DNA of 54,839 nucleotides from an uncultured Dehalococcoidales bacterium (GTDB lineage Bacteria; Chloroflexota; Dehalococcoidia; Dehalococcoidales; UBA2162): contig CAZMUD010000001.1 of assembly GCA_964569715.1 (NCBI GenBank), positions 1 through 54,839 on the forward strand, given 5' to 3'. Positions 44,678-54,619 of the stretch are shown one piece after another. Both the position numbers and the translations under genes were made by a program. Position 1 is the first letter of the stretch. Each line of letters starts with the position of its first letter. A model generated the notes under the pieces. The model did not search any database and was not told the origin of the DNA. It saw only the letters and a program-made list of their open reading frames with translations.

Positions 44678-45292
44678 TCATCGTGAGTAGTACTCAACTA
44701 TAGCCTTTCCGTCAAACTTGGCACCAATATCGTCAGGGGTAGGCAAGGATAAAACCTGACCGACAAGGTTCTCCTTATCTAGACTTAGCCAACTGACTAC
44801 AGACTTAGCCTCGATACTCTCAACCATCTGTTTATAATACTCAGTTTTGGCACCACTCTCCTTCCAGTTAATGGTGTCACCTTCTTTGACCAAGCAAGAG
44901 GGTATATCAGCCTTGCGCCCGTTGAGCAAAATATGCCCGTGTTGAACTAGCTGACGAGCTTGAGCGCGGGAATCGGCGAAGCCTAAACGATACACCACAT
45001 TATCAAGCCGCCTCTCCAGCAGCACTAGTAGATTTTCCCCGGTGATACCTGCCTGCCTCTCAGCTTGAGCAAAGACCAGCCTGAACTGCCTCTCCAGAAC
45101 TCCATAGCTATAGCGGATTTTCTGCTTCTCTATTAATTGAAGCCCACGCTCAGAAACTCTACGCCGCCGACCCATAGGCCTCCTGCGTCTGTCCATGGCG
45201 CATTTAGGTGTAAGACACCGGCTGCCTTTAAGCATTAGCTTCTCATTACACCGGCGACACAACTTACAAACTGATGCTGTATATCTTGCCAT
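44678..45292 (-). CDS. rpsD: 30S ribosomal protein S4
   Basis: MARYTASVCKLCRR...LERRLDNVVYRLGFA.SRAQARQLV.HGHI. Confidence 0.96.
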   Translation of the reverse strand: MARYTASVCKLCRRCNEKLMLKGSRCLTPKCAMDRRRRPMGRRRRVSERGLQLIEKQKIRYSYGVLERQFRLVFAQAERQAGITGENLLVLLERRLDNVVYRLGFADSRAQARQLVQHGHILLNGRKADIPSCLVKEGDTINWKESGAKTEYYKQMVESIEAKSVVSWLSLDKENLVGQVLSLPTPDDIGAKFDGKAIVEYYSR

Positions 45293-45301
45293 TTTTTTAT
45301 C

Positions 45302-45694
45302 TTATACCCGCCTTCTTTTAGGAGGACGGCAACCGTTATGCGGGATAGGAGTCACATCCATAATACTGGTAATATAAAGGCCTGAGTTCTGGAGAGAACG
45401 AATAGCCGCCTCGCGCCCACTGCCCGGACCCTTAACATAAACCTCTACCTGACGCAGGCCATGCTCCATAGCTTTCCGTGCCGCATCACGAGCTGCCAAC
45501 TGAGCAGCATAGGGAGTACCTTTGCGTGAACCCTTAAACCCAGCCGTCCCCGAACTCCCCCAGGCGATAACGTTCCCCTCGGGGTCGGTGAGAGTCACCA
45601 AGGTATTATTAAAAGTAGATTGGACATAGGCTCTTCCTGAAGCAATGGTCTTCCGTTCTCGCCTTCTTCCTTTAGTTCGCTTCTTTTGTGCCAT
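45302..45694 (-). CDS. rpsK: 30S ribosomal protein S11
   Basis: [49 protein letters not shown] lies 6 nt upstream of ATG 45694. Confidence 0.96.
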   Translation of the reverse strand: MAQKKRTKGRRRERKTIASGRAYVQSTFNNTLVTLTDPEGNVIAWGSSGTAGFKGSRKGTPYAAQLAARDAARKAMEHGLRQVEVYVKGPGSGREAAIRSLQNSGLYITSIMDVTPIPHNGCRPPKRRRV

Positions 45695-45723
45695 CTTGCT
45701 CTCCTGCTTAAACAAAATTTTGA

Positions 45724-46113
45724 TTACTTCTTGGTCACGCCGCGCCTCTTGCCTCTGCCAGCTACTGTTTTACGGGAACCGCGCCGGACACGGGCATTAG
45801 TGCGCGTCCGCTGCCCTCTAACCGGCAAGTTATGGCGATGCCGGATACCCCGATAGCTGCCAATTTCAATAAGGCGTTTAATATCAAGGTTAACCTCTTT
45901 TCTAAGCTCCCCCTCAACCTTATGCTCCCGGTCAATAATCTCTCGGAGGCGGTTAACCTCCTCTTCGGTAAGTTCATCCGTCTTAACCTCAGAATTGACA
46001 CCAGCCTGAGCTATAATCCGCTGACTCAGAGTGGGACCAATGCCGTAGATATACTGCAATGCGACCCAAATTTGCTTATTTCGGGGTATATCCACCCCAG
46101 CTATACGTGCCAT
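45724..46113 (-). CDS. rpsM: 30S ribosomal protein S13
   Basis: [26 protein letters not shown]...[24 protein letters not shown]. Confidence 0.97.
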   Translation of the reverse strand: MARIAGVDIPRNKQIWVALQYIYGIGPTLSQRIIAQAGVNSEVKTDELTEEEVNRLREIIDREHKVEGELRKEVNLDIKRLIEIGSYRGIRHRHNLPVRGQRTRTNARVRRGSRKTVAGRGKRRGVTKK

Positions 46114-46139
46114 CCAAGCCCTCCTTGCTCAACAGAATA

Positions 46140-46253
46140 TTAGCCCTGCCTCTGCTTATGCTTGGGGTTAGAACAAATGACCATGACTACCCCTCGCCGC
46201 TTTATCACCTTACACTTTTCACATCTAACCTTAACTGAAGCTCTAACTTTCAT
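46140..46253 (-). CDS. rpmJ: 50S ribosomal protein L36 (missed by the ORF track)
   Basis: Minus strand, ATG 46253 to TAA 46140-46142: [37 protein letters not shown]. It sits at the conserved position between infA and rpsM. Confidence 0.93.
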   Translation of the reverse strand: MKVRASVKVRCEKCKVIKRRGVVMVICSNPKHKQRQG

Positions 46254-46283
46254 AACTGCCTCTCATAGTATCCAGCAAAAGTA

Positions 46284-46502
46284 TTACTTAAACCGATAGG
46301 TAATCCTGCCCCGATTCAGGTCGTAAGGTGAAAGCTCAACCAACACCTTGTCGCCAGGTAAGATTTTAATATAATGCAGTCTTATCTTACCAGAAATGTG
46401 AGCCAGTACCCTATGTCCATTGGGCAGCTCAACACGAAACATCGCATTAGGCAATGGCTCCACTACTACCCCTTCGACCTCAATAGCCTCCTTCTTAGGC
46501 AT
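46284..46502 (-). CDS. infA: translation initiation factor IF-1
   Basis: [68 protein letters not shown]. Confidence 0.97.
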   Translation of the reverse strand: MPKKEAIEVEGVVVEPLPNAMFRVELPNGHRVLAHISGKIRLHYIKILPGDKVLVELSPYDLNRGRITYRFK

Positions 46503-46513
46503 AAACCCCCTGT

Positions 46514-47263
46514 TTATAAAGTAGTAAGCACCTCAGGCTCAACGTCAGTGATGGCAATGGTATGTTCAAAGTGTGCCGAATAACTCCCATCACTGGTAAA
46601 CACTGTCCAGTGGTTATCGCCAAGTTTAGTGCGCCAGTCACCAATGTTCACCATAGGCTCAAGGGCAAGTGCCATACCTTTCTTCAATACCGGTCCCCGT
46701 CCCGGTGGACCAAAGTTAGGTATTTGAGGCTCTTCATGCATCTCCCGGCCAATACCATGCCCTGTGTACTCACGCACCACTGAATACCCCCTCGACTCAG
46801 CATAATGCTGAATGGCGGCTGAAATGTCCCCCAGCCTCGCCCCGGGATAAGCAGCCGCGATGCCAGCTTTCAGGGCACCCTCGGTTGTTGCCATAAGCTG
46901 TTCCGCCTGCGAGCTAATGTTACCCACACCCACTGTTAGCGCAGCATCACCCTGAAAACCCATAAAAATAGCACCAAAGTCAAGGGATACAATGTCGCCC
47001 TCGTGCAGAACCCGTGACCCGGGAATCCCATGCACTATCTCGTCATTAACTGATACACAGAGATTAGCTGGAAATCCTCGATATCCCTTAAACGAGGGTT
47101 TGGCTCCCAGTCTTGCTACCTCTCTAGCTGCGATGACATCTAACTCCTCAGTTTTCATCCCCGGTCTCACCTGTAACTTTAGCACCTCCAGCACGGTGGC
47201 GACAATCCTGCCAGCCTGCCGCATAGCTGCAATTTCCTGGTCGGATTTGATGATTATGCTCAT
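46514..47263 (-). CDS. map: type I methionine aminopeptidase
   Basis: [16 protein letters not shown]...VHGIP...GDIVSLD...[12 protein letters not shown]...LALEPM...FEHT. Confidence 0.95.
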   Translation of the reverse strand: MSIIIKSDQEIAAMRQAGRIVATVLEVLKLQVRPGMKTEELDVIAAREVARLGAKPSFKGYRGFPANLCVSVNDEIVHGIPGSRVLHEGDIVSLDFGAIFMGFQGDAALTVGVGNISSQAEQLMATTEGALKAGIAAAYPGARLGDISAAIQHYAESRGYSVVREYTGHGIGREMHEEPQIPNFGPPGRGPVLKKGMALALEPMVNIGDWRTKLGDNHWTVFTSDGSYSAHFEHTIAITDVEPEVLTTL

Positions 47264-47940
47264 CCCACCCTCGAGCTGACAAATTCCATACGAAGAGCTT
47301 CTACTATTCTTCTCTCCACCTCATCTACACTCCCCTCTCCATCTACCTCTAATAGCTTACCTGCCTGGGTATAGTAGTCAATAAGGGGAGCCGTCTCAGC
47401 AAAATAGACCTCAAGGCGCTTTTTAACTGTCTGGGCGGTATCATCAGGGCGTTGATACAACTCACCACCACACTGGTCGCACTTACCCCAAACCTTGGGA
47501 GGAGAATTTACAGCATGATACGGGGCTTGGCATTGACGGCAAACCCAGCGCCCACTGAGCCGCCCCAGCAGCTCCTTCTCAGAGACCTTGATATATACCA
47601 CCTTATCTATCGCCTTACCCTGCTCAGCCAGGGCTTTATCCAATGCCTCAACCTGTTTCAAATTCCTGGGAAAGCCATCAAAAATCACCCCGCTTTGTGA
47701 GTCAGGGGCCGATATACGCTCCAAAACCATTCGTATCGTTATCTCGTCAGGGACTAGCTTCCCCTTCTCCATATAAGACCTAGCCTGTATGGCTAACTCG
47801 GTCCCCTGTTCTAGTGCCTGCCGGAACAGGTCGCCAGTAGCAATATGCACTAGTTTCAGTTCCTGTGCCACTCCGGCTGCTTGTGTTCCCTTACCGGCAC
47901 CGGGAGCACCCAGAAAAATAATATAGAGATTATTTATCAA
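47260..47940 (-). CDS. adk: adenylate kinase (zinc-lid type)
   Basis: YIIFLGAPGAGKGTQ, with lid CRQC...CDQCGG. Start set at TTG 47940; the 10 codons upstream in the track ORF (MKERGIKGVR) are the translated repeat element. Confidence 0.9.
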   Translation of the reverse strand: MINNLYIIFLGAPGAGKGTQAAGVAQELKLVHIATGDLFRQALEQGTELAIQARSYMEKGKLVPDEITIRMVLERISAPDSQSGVIFDGFPRNLKQVEALDKALAEQGKAIDKVVYIKVSEKELLGRLSGRWVCRQCQAPYHAVNSPPKVWGKCDQCGGELYQRPDDTAQTVKKRLEVYFAETAPLIDYYTQAGKLLEVDGEGSVDEVERRIVEALRMEFVSSRVG

Positions 47941-48030
47941 CCTCACCCCCTTAATCCCCCTCTCCTTCAAAGGAGAGGGGGAAGGTGCATGTTCTGAAGG
48001 GGCGGAGCCCCTTCAAATTTCCCTTGATAA
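47941..48030 (-). repeat. composite palindromic repeat, locus 6 (inverted), inserted between secY and adk
   Basis: CCTCACCCCCTTAATCCCCCTCTCCTTCAAAGGAGAGGGGGAA (identical to 29158-29200), TGAAGGGGC-gga-GCCCCTTCA, and a hairpin-A remnant TTTCCCTTGATAAG. Confidence 0.9.
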
Positions 48031-48094
48031 GCGACCTCACGGTAGACAATTTTTACTCCTATTTCAACTGCCGAAATACAGCTTCTAGCAATCT

Positions 48095-49411
48095 TTATTT
48101 GATAAAGCCTTCGTAGCGCCGCATTACCAGTTGTGCCTCCATCTGTTTCATAGTATCCAGCACCACACCAACCACAATTAATAAGCCCATGCTGGACAAT
48201 TGTATCACCTGGACATTGGTAATCTCCCGAGCCAAGAAGGGTATTATCGCCACTCCAGCTAGGAAGAGAGCACCTGCCCAGGTAATGCGGCTAATCACAT
48301 GGTTAAGATAATTAGCAGTCTGTTTCCCCGGTCGAATCCCAGGAACAAATCCCCCCTGCCGCTGCAAGGTGCCAGATAAATCCTGCTGCTGAAAAATCAC
48401 CATAGTATAAAAGAAGGCAAAACCGACCGTTAGCAGAAAATAGAACCCCCAGTAAAATAAGCCCATAGGCACGGCTGCATTAGGATTAAACAGGTTCATA
48501 ATATGATTAGCCAGATTAGGGTCAGCCCCGGTCGGATTGGCAAAATAACTGGCTACCATCCCAGGGAAGAGCACCATAGACATAGCAAAGATAAGGGGTA
48601 TCATCCCGGCGGTGTTCACCCGCAGCGGAATATGGGTTGCCCCTGATTGCTTATACATACGCCCACTACGAAAGACGGTGCGTGCATACTGCACCGGAAT
48701 GCGGCGGTGTGCTTCAGTAAAGATAACTATGACCACAATGGTGACTAGGGCTATAAGAACATAAGCAACTAAGCCGCCAAACTGTTCCTTAGCCAGAAAA
48801 CCGCTGCCAATCATTTCCGGTAAGCCAGCCACAATGCCGGCAAAGATTATTATAGATATACCATTACCAATGCCGTATTCAGTAATTATCTCACCTAGCC
48901 AGACCAGGAAGATGGTGCCGGCTATCATGGCAAAAACTATGGCTGCTGTTGGCAATAATTCAGCACTCGCCACAACACCCTCACGCTGGAGCAAAACTAG
49001 CTGTCCGTAACCGGCCAGACCAGCCAAAGGCACTGTCAGCCAGTGAGTAAACCGATTAATCTTGTGCTGGCCAGCTTCTCCCTCCTGGGAAATAGCTTGT
49101 AGCTGGGGTATAACCGGCACCATCAGTTGCATAATAATTGAAGCCGTTATATAGGGGTAAACCCCCATCGCCGCCACACTGAAGTTCCTCATGGCGCCAC
49201 CACTAAACATGTCCAGCATGCCCAGTAACGGCATATTCTCAAATAGCTGCTGCAAGGCATCAGGGTTCACCCCGGGTAGGGGCACATGAGCTACAAAGCG
49301 GAATACTACCAGAATACCAAAGGTGAGGAGAATGCGGCGCCTTAAGTCAGGCAGACGGAAGGCGTCAAGCATCGCCTGAAGAAGTCGCGGCCTAGTTTGC
49401 CTCGGACGCAT
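48095..49411 (-). CDS. secY: preprotein translocase subunit SecY
   Basis: [26 protein letters not shown]...[15 protein letters not shown]; 10-TM profile. GGAGGAGGTG lies 4 nt upstream of ATG 49411. Confidence 0.95.
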   Translation of the reverse strand: MRPRQTRPRLLQAMLDAFRLPDLRRRILLTFGILVVFRFVAHVPLPGVNPDALQQLFENMPLLGMLDMFSGGAMRNFSVAAMGVYPYITASIIMQLMVPVIPQLQAISQEGEAGQHKINRFTHWLTVPLAGLAGYGQLVLLQREGVVASAELLPTAAIVFAMIAGTIFLVWLGEIITEYGIGNGISIIIFAGIVAGLPEMIGSGFLAKEQFGGLVAYVLIALVTIVVIVIFTEAHRRIPVQYARTVFRSGRMYKQSGATHIPLRVNTAGMIPLIFAMSMVLFPGMVASYFANPTGADPNLANHIMNLFNPNAAVPMGLFYWGFYFLLTVGFAFFYTMVIFQQQDLSGTLQRQGGFVPGIRPGKQTANYLNHVISRITWAGALFLAGVAIIPFLAREITNVQVIQLSSMGLLIVVGVVLDTMKQMEAQLVMRRYEGFIK

Positions 49412-49856
49412 GCCCCACCTCCTCCACTCTGCCCCCTGCCGCCTCAATCTTGGCTTTAGCGGCAGTAGAGAACTTGTGTGCCTTTACCAAAAGGGGATGA
49501 TTAATATCACCCTCGGCCAGAATCTTAACCGGCTGCCGTAGGGATTTCACCAACCCGGCAGCTACCAATCTCTCTGGTGTTACCTCACTCCCCGACTCAA
49601 ACATACTAAGCTTGTTTAGATTAATAACGCTATACTCTGTCCGAAAAATATTGACAAAGCCACGCTTCCGTGGCAAGCGCTTAATTAGAGGCAACTGCCC
49701 ACCTTCAAAGCCAGGCCTAGTCTTGTAGCCAGAACGAGACTTTTGCCCTTTAGAGCCCCGCCCCGAATAGGTACCATGTCCGCTACCGTCCCCCCGCCCC
49801 ACTCGCTTCCTGCTCTTCTTAGAACCGGGAGCCGGGGACAGTTCATTCTGCCTCAT
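49392..49856 (-). CDS. rplO: 50S ribosomal protein L15
   Basis: [38 protein letters not shown]...FEGGQLPL. Confidence 0.96.
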   Translation of the reverse strand: MRQNELSPAPGSKKSRKRVGRGDGSGHGTYSGRGSKGQKSRSGYKTRPGFEGGQLPLIKRLPRKRGFVNIFRTEYSVINLNKLSMFESGSEVTPERLVAAGLVKSLRQPVKILAEGDINHPLLVKAHKFSTAAKAKIEAAGGRVEEVGHASEAN

Positions 49857-50037
49857 CAGCTTTTGCCTCCACCTTGACTAGATGTCTCACCTTGTTAATC
49901 ATACCTCGAATTGAGGCTGAATCATTATGGCTAACACTCTGATTTAGCCGACGAAAACCAAGAGCCTTCAAGGTTCTCTTCTGGCCCTCACTATAGCCAA
50001 TACCGCTTTTGACCCAGGTGATATTTAGCCTAACCAT
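49843..50037 (-). CDS. rpmD: 50S ribosomal protein L30
   Basis: [32 protein letters not shown]; conserved position. Confidence 0.93.
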   Translation of the reverse strand: MVRLNITWVKSGIGYSEGQKRTLKALGFRRLNQSVSHNDSASIRGMINKVRHLVKVEAKADEAE

Positions 50038-50092
50038 TAGTTATACCGCCTCCTCGAGACTACTGAAAAAGCTAAAGACCTTTTTCAGCAAA

Positions 50093-50650
50093 CTACCCCT
50101 CCTCACCACCAGCCTTAACTTCCACTGAAGAACTGCGTTCCTCAGTGGTTTCATTAACAACTCCCCTGCGTCTGGCCAACTCCTCCTTCGGGTCTTTAAG
50201 CTGGCTCAGGGCAAGCATCGTTGCCTTAGCCACATTAATGCGATTAGCGCTGCCCAGCGACTTAGTCAGAATATCCTTGATTCCGGCTGCCTCAAGCACA
50301 GCTCGAATACTACCACCGGCAATAATACCGGTGCCTGGTGCCGCTGGTTTAAGCAAGACCTGGGCTGCTCCGAACTTAACCTTCATTGTATAAGGAATTG
50401 TTGTCCCGGCTAGCGGCACTTTAATCAAATTCTTCTTGGCAATAGCGCTAGCCTTGTTAATGGCCAATGGCACCTCATTAGCCTTGCCCAAGCCAATGCC
50501 TACATTTCCATTGCCATCTCCGGTTACCACCAAGGCACTAAAACTGAGGCGTTTCCCCCCTTTCATCACCTTGGCCACCCGATTAATATTGATCAGCTTG
50601 TCAGTCAGGACAAGCTCTGTTGGCTCTATCTTGGTTAGCAGCTCCTTCAT
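50093..50650 (-). CDS. rpsE: 30S ribosomal protein S5
   Basis: [43 protein letters not shown]. Confidence 0.96.
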   Translation of the reverse strand: MKELLTKIEPTELVLTDKLININRVAKVMKGGKRLSFSALVVTGDGNGNVGIGLGKANEVPLAINKASAIAKKNLIKVPLAGTTIPYTMKVKFGAAQVLLKPAAPGTGIIAGGSIRAVLEAAGIKDILTKSLGSANRINVAKATMLALSQLKDPKEELARRRGVVNETTEERSSSVEVKAGGEEG

Positions 50651-50668
50651 TCTTTCAAACTGTCTCCA

Positions 50669-51034
50669 TCAAAATTTCAATCCCCCCTGGCGGGCTGCCT
50701 CAGCTAGGGCTTTAACTCTACCGTGATACTTGTACCCACCACGGTCAAAAGCTACCCGGCTTATCCCCTGGCTCAGTGCTCGCTTGGCTACTAGGGAACC
50801 GACTAGCTCAGATTTGGTCGTCTTGTTTTTACCAACGGCCACACTTTTTATCTCCGGGTCCAGGGTCGAGGCAGAGGCTAGCGTATGCCCTCGTGAATCA
50901 TCAATCACCTGAACATAAATATGGTTCAGGCTGCGGAAAACACACAACCGAGGTCCAGAGTTCGTGCCCTTCACCTTGGCTCTAACTCGAAGGTGTCTTC
51001 GACGACGGGCCACCCTTGGGGTATCTTTCACCAC
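50669..51034 (-). CDS. rplR: 50S ribosomal protein L18
   Basis: [35 protein letters not shown]...[26 protein letters not shown]. Confidence 0.96.
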   Translation of the reverse strand: MVKDTPRVARRRRHLRVRAKVKGTNSGPRLCVFRSLNHIYVQVIDDSRGHTLASASTLDPEIKSVAVGKNKTTKSELVGSLVAKRALSQGISRVAFDRGGYKYHGRVKALAEAARQGGLKF

Positions 51035-51589
51035 TTATTCCCTCCCCGCTATAGCCTTACCCGCCTTGCCGGCTTTGAGGCGAACTGACTCCCCAACATA
51101 TCTAATACCCTTACCCTTATAGACATCAGGCGGGCGGACAGCTCGAATCCTAGCTGCCACCTCGCCAACTACTTCCTTATCAATCCCCGTAACTGTGATG
51201 CGATTGCCTCCCTCTACACCAAGGGACACGCCTGGTAGCGGTGACACCTCTACCAGATGTGAAAACCCGATACGGATTACCAGCTTATCCCCGGCCTTTT
51301 CAGCCCGATAACCGACGCCCACTATTTCAAGCCCCCTCTCAAAGCCTCTAGTTACACCTTCCACCATGTTAGCCAAAAGACTCCGTGTCAGTCCGTGTAA
51401 GGAGCGATGCACCCGGCCATCGCTGGGCCGTAATACCACCAGGGTATCATTATCTAGGGTAATAGACATATCAGGATGAAAACGACGATGAAGCTCCCCT
51501 TTGGGTCCGGTTACAGTAACCTCACCCTGTTTAATACTCACCGTCACACCCGGTGGCACAGTTATCGGCATCCGCCCTACTCTAGACAT
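51035..51589 (-). CDS. rplF: 50S ribosomal protein L6
   Basis: MSRVGRMPITVPPGVTVSIKQGEVTVTGPKGEL...PPDVYKGKGIRY. Confidence 0.96.
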   Translation of the reverse strand: MSRVGRMPITVPPGVTVSIKQGEVTVTGPKGELHRRFHPDMSITLDNDTLVVLRPSDGRVHRSLHGLTRSLLANMVEGVTRGFERGLEIVGVGYRAEKAGDKLVIRIGFSHLVEVSPLPGVSLGVEGGNRITVTGIDKEVVGEVAARIRAVRPPDVYKGKGIRYVGESVRLKAGKAGKAIAGRE

Positions 51590-51610
51590 AGGTATTGCTC
51601 CCAGACTTAC

Positions 51611-52009
51611 TTACATCACGTAACATAATATTTCTCCACCAACCCCTTGGCGCCAGGCCTGTTGCCCCGTCATCACCCCCTTAGATGTTGAAACAATGGC
51701 AACGCCCAGACCACCAGCCACACGGGGAATCTCTTGCCAGCCAACATATACCCTTAGTCCAGGCTTACTTACTCGCTCCAATCCAGAAAGGACTGGCTGG
51801 TTTTTATCGCTATACTTGAGGTGAATCTGAATTGCCCGGTGCGGCTTGCCCCTAAGCACCTCATAGTCACTAATAAAACCCTCGTCTTTAAGGATTTTAG
51901 CAATAGACAGCTTCATCTTTGAGGCTGGTATCAGCACCGAATCATGCCGCACCATAACCGCATTGCGTATTCGGGTTAGCATATCCGCTATTGGGTCAGA
52001 GACAGTCAC
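51611..52009 (-). CDS. rpsH: 30S ribosomal protein S8
   Basis: [13 protein letters not shown]...SKPGLRVY...[16 protein letters not shown]. Confidence 0.96.
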   Translation of the reverse strand: MTVSDPIADMLTRIRNAVMVRHDSVLIPASKMKLSIAKILKDEGFISDYEVLRGKPHRAIQIHLKYSDKNQPVLSGLERVSKPGLRVYVGWQEIPRVAGGLGVAIVSTSKGVMTGQQAWRQGVGGEILCYVM

Positions 52010-52039
52010 TCTTCCTCCCTTAAGCTATATTTAATCTAG

Positions 52040-52225
52040 TTACCAGCTTGATTTTCTCACGCCGGGAATCTGACCGGCAAGAGCCAGCTTGCGAAAGCAA
52101 ATGCGACACAAGCCAAACTTACGTATATAAGCGCGAGGCCGACCACACAAGCGACACCGATTATGCTGCTGAACCTTATACTTAGCCGGACGCACCCACT
52201 TGGCAATTTTTGATTTCTTGGCCAT
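52040..52225 (-). CDS. rpsN: 30S ribosomal protein S14, zinc-binding type Z
   Basis: [10 protein letters not shown]....[32 protein letters not shown]. Confidence 0.95.
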   Translation of the reverse strand: MAKKSKIAKWVRPAKYKVQQHNRCRLCGRPRAYIRKFGLCRICFRKLALAGQIPGVRKSSW

Positions 52226-52236
52226 TATAACTCCAC

Positions 52237-52779
52237 TCAATCCAGAGCGAAAGGCATACCTAATAACTCCAACAGGTGCTTGCCTTCCTCATCCGTCTTA
52301 GCTGTAGTGATAATTGATATTTCTAGTCCTCGTGCCTTATCTATCTTATCGTAATCTATTTCCGGGAAAACAGTTTGCTCCTTAAAGGCTAAGCTATAGT
52401 TGCCCCAGCCATCAAAAGAGTTTCTGGAGACCCCTTGAAACTCACGGATACGGCACAAGATAGTATTTACCAGCTTGTCAAAAAAGTCATACATGCGCTC
52501 CCCTCGCAGGGTTACCTTTAACCCGATAGGCATCCCTGTCCTCAACCTAAAGGCAGCAATAGATTTCTTGGCGCGGGTGGTCACCGGGTGCTGCCCTGAA
52601 ATAGCAGCTAAGTCCCCCTCGGCCGCTTCAAGAGCCTTGGCATTCTGAATTGCTTCTCCCACGCCAATATTAAACACCACCTTCTCCAGGCGTGGCACCT
52701 GCATGATATTCTTATACCCGCCACGCTCCATCAGGGCCGGGATAACCTCTTTTCTATACCTCTCCTTCAATTGTGACAC
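52237..52779 (-). CDS. rplE: 50S ribosomal protein L5
   Basis: [40 protein letters not shown]...[16 protein letters not shown]. Confidence 0.96.
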   Translation of the reverse strand: MSQLKERYRKEVIPALMERGGYKNIMQVPRLEKVVFNIGVGEAIQNAKALEAAEGDLAAISGQHPVTTRAKKSIAAFRLRTGMPIGLKVTLRGERMYDFFDKLVNTILCRIREFQGVSRNSFDGWGNYSLAFKEQTVFPEIDYDKIDKARGLEISIITTAKTDEEGKHLLELLGMPFALD

Positions 52780-53091
52780 TTAATCAATCACCTCATGACA
52801 AACATGACAGATCCGAACCTTCTTGCCACCCTCTAAAAAACGGAAACCAACCCGGGTGGGATGATTACATTTACTGCACAGTAACATAACATCCGACATA
52901 TGAATTGGCGCCTCCCGTTCTATTATGCCCGCCTGCCTAACTTGGCGCATGGCCCTGGTATGCCTTTTGATAAAGTTGATACCCTCTATCATTACCCGTT
53001 CATCCTTGGGGTAAACAAAGCGCACCTTACCCTTCTTACCCCTATCCTTACCGGCGATAACCAGCACGGTATCATTCTTTCTAATCCTCAT
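52780..53091 (-). CDS. rplX: 50S ribosomal protein L24 (CxxC...CxxC variant)
   Basis: IRKNDTVLVIAGKDRGKKGKV (KOW) and C-terminal CSKC...RVGFRF...CHVC. Confidence 0.95.
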   Translation of the reverse strand: MRIRKNDTVLVIAGKDRGKKGKVRFVYPKDERVMIEGINFIKRHTRAMRQVRQAGIIEREAPIHMSDVMLLCSKCNHPTRVGFRFLEGGKKVRICHVCHEVID

Positions 53092-53174
53092 CGCTACTAA
53101 AACTAGCCGGAGAAACCTAGATTACCCAGCTTTTGCCTTTCCCCGCTAACCTCCTATAAGACTCGCCGTCCCCC

Positions 53175-53543
53175 TCATAAAACCTCGGGTGCCAATGAGA
53201 CAATCTTGGTAAAATTTTTCTCTCTCAGCTCCCTGGCTACCGGTCCAAATATTCGGGTTCCCTTAGGGTTATTCTTGTCAGTGAGAATCACAGCCGCATT
53301 CTCATCAAACCTGATGGAAGAACCATCGGGGCGTCGATATGGCTGAGCGGTGCGAATAATAACCGCCCTGACCACTTCCCCCTTCTTTACCGCTCCCCCG
53401 GGGGTTGCCCGTTTGACTGAAGCTACAATGATATCACCCACCCGAGCATATTTCTTACCAGTGCCACCCAGCAAGCCAATACACATAATCTGTCGGGCAC
53501 CGGTATTATCTGCCACCTTAAGTCTAGTATAAGATTGAATCAT
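53175..53543 (-). CDS. rplN: 50S ribosomal protein L14
   Basis: [22 protein letters not shown]...[11 protein letters not shown]. Confidence 0.97.
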   Translation of the reverse strand: MIQSYTRLKVADNTGARQIMCIGLLGGTGKKYARVGDIIVASVKRATPGGAVKKGEVVRAVIIRTAQPYRRPDGSSIRFDENAAVILTDKNNPKGTRIFGPVARELREKNFTKIVSLAPEVL

Positions 53544-53639
53544 GCTGCCCTATCCTTTTCCTAAACTTTCAACCTGCGCTAGCTCCTACTATATTTTTAC
53601 TGCCAACGCCTATGAGGTTTCCCTAGCCATAAGAAAGTT

Positions 53640-53921
53640 TCAGGTTATCTCACTAGGCAGAACCTCTACTACCTCTTTCTTGCTTATTATCTCAGCCACT
53701 CGCCACCGCTTCTCCTTGGACAGGGGACGAGTTTCTACAATCCTTACTATATCCCCTTTCTCACACTCATTCTTGGCATCATGAGCCTTATACTTAACTA
53801 CCTTTTTGATAGTCTTCCTATATAGCGGATGATGCTTGGTTGTCTCCACCGCCACCACCACCGTCTTGTCCATCTTATTACTTACTACACGACCGGTCCT
53901 GGTTTTGCGCTTTGTCTCCAT
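53640..53921 (-). CDS. rpsQ: 30S ribosomal protein S17
   Basis: [63 protein letters not shown]. Confidence 0.96.
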   Translation of the reverse strand: METKRKTRTGRVVSNKMDKTVVVAVETTKHHPLYRKTIKKVVKYKAHDAKNECEKGDIVRIVETRPLSKEKRWRVAEIISKKEVVEVLPSEIT

Positions 53922-53969
53922 TATTTCAAACTTACCTCAGGCTTAACTTTGTCTCGTAGACTGAAAAAC

Positions 53970-54167
53970 CTACCCCAGGCTTAGCTCTCTCTCCCTCATT
54001 ATAGTCTTAAGCATGGCAATCTTCCTTTTAACCTGCCGAATTTGGCGATGGTTTACCAATTGCTTGGTGCTCAGGCGAAAGCGAAGCTCAAAAAGCTCAC
54101 GGTGAGCTGCCTCCAGTTGCCTTACCAAGTCTTCCGAACTGAGAGCCCGAATTTCCTCGACCTTCAC
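53970..54167 (-). CDS. rpmC: 50S ribosomal protein L29
   Basis: [26 protein letters not shown]....QL.N...IRQVKR.IA. Confidence 0.94.
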   Translation of the reverse strand: MKVEEIRALSSEDLVRQLEAAHRELFELRFRLSTKQLVNHRQIRQVKRKIAMLKTIMRERELSLG

Positions 54168-54619
54168 CCTGCGCTTGCTCCTACTGTTTTTTCACGGCCA
54201 GCGGCTACAGTGGACCCTCTGGTGACAAATCTAGTGTCTATCGGGAGTTTGTGCGAAGCGAGACGCATTGCCTCTTTAGCCACTTCCTCAGCAACACCCG
54301 ACATTTCAAATAGAATCCTGCCCGGTTTAACCACAGCTACCCAATGGTCAGGGGCACCCTTCCCTGAACCCATGCGGGTCTCCGCCGCCTTTTTGGTAAC
54401 CGGTTTATGGGGGAAAACACACACCCAGATATTGCCACCACGACGAACATGATGAGTAATTGCACGGCGAGCTGCCTCAATTTGACGAGCGGTAACCCAA
54501 GCCGGTTCCAGTGCCTGCAAGCCAAAATCGCCAAAGACAACCGTGTTCCCTACATTGGCTTTACCCCGGCGCCGTCCTTTGTGAGCCTTACGGAATTTCA
54601 CTCGCTTAGGTTGTAACAT
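54164..54619 (-). CDS. rplP: 50S ribosomal protein L16
   Basis: [21 protein letters not shown]...[19 protein letters not shown]...[18 protein letters not shown]. Confidence 0.96.
   Translation of the reverse strand: MLQPKRVKFRKAHKGRRRGKANVGNTVVFGDFGLQALEPAWVTARQIEAARRAITHHVRRGGNIWVCVFPHKPVTKKAAETRMGSGKGAPDHWVAVVKPGRILFEMSGVAEEVAKEAMRLASHKLPIDTRFVTRGSTVAAGREKTVGASAG

Noticed and set aside
23181-48030. Whether the recurring hairpin repeats could be a CRISPR array
   Set aside because: The copies are kilobases apart in separate intergenic regions, composite, present in both orientations, and have no regular repeat-spacer periodicity or cas genes.
52780-53091. CxxC...CxxC zinc-ribbon-like cysteines in ribosomal protein L24
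   Set aside because: The same pattern exists in L24 of Thermus and other bacteria as far as I recall, so this is a lineage trait and not a novelty.
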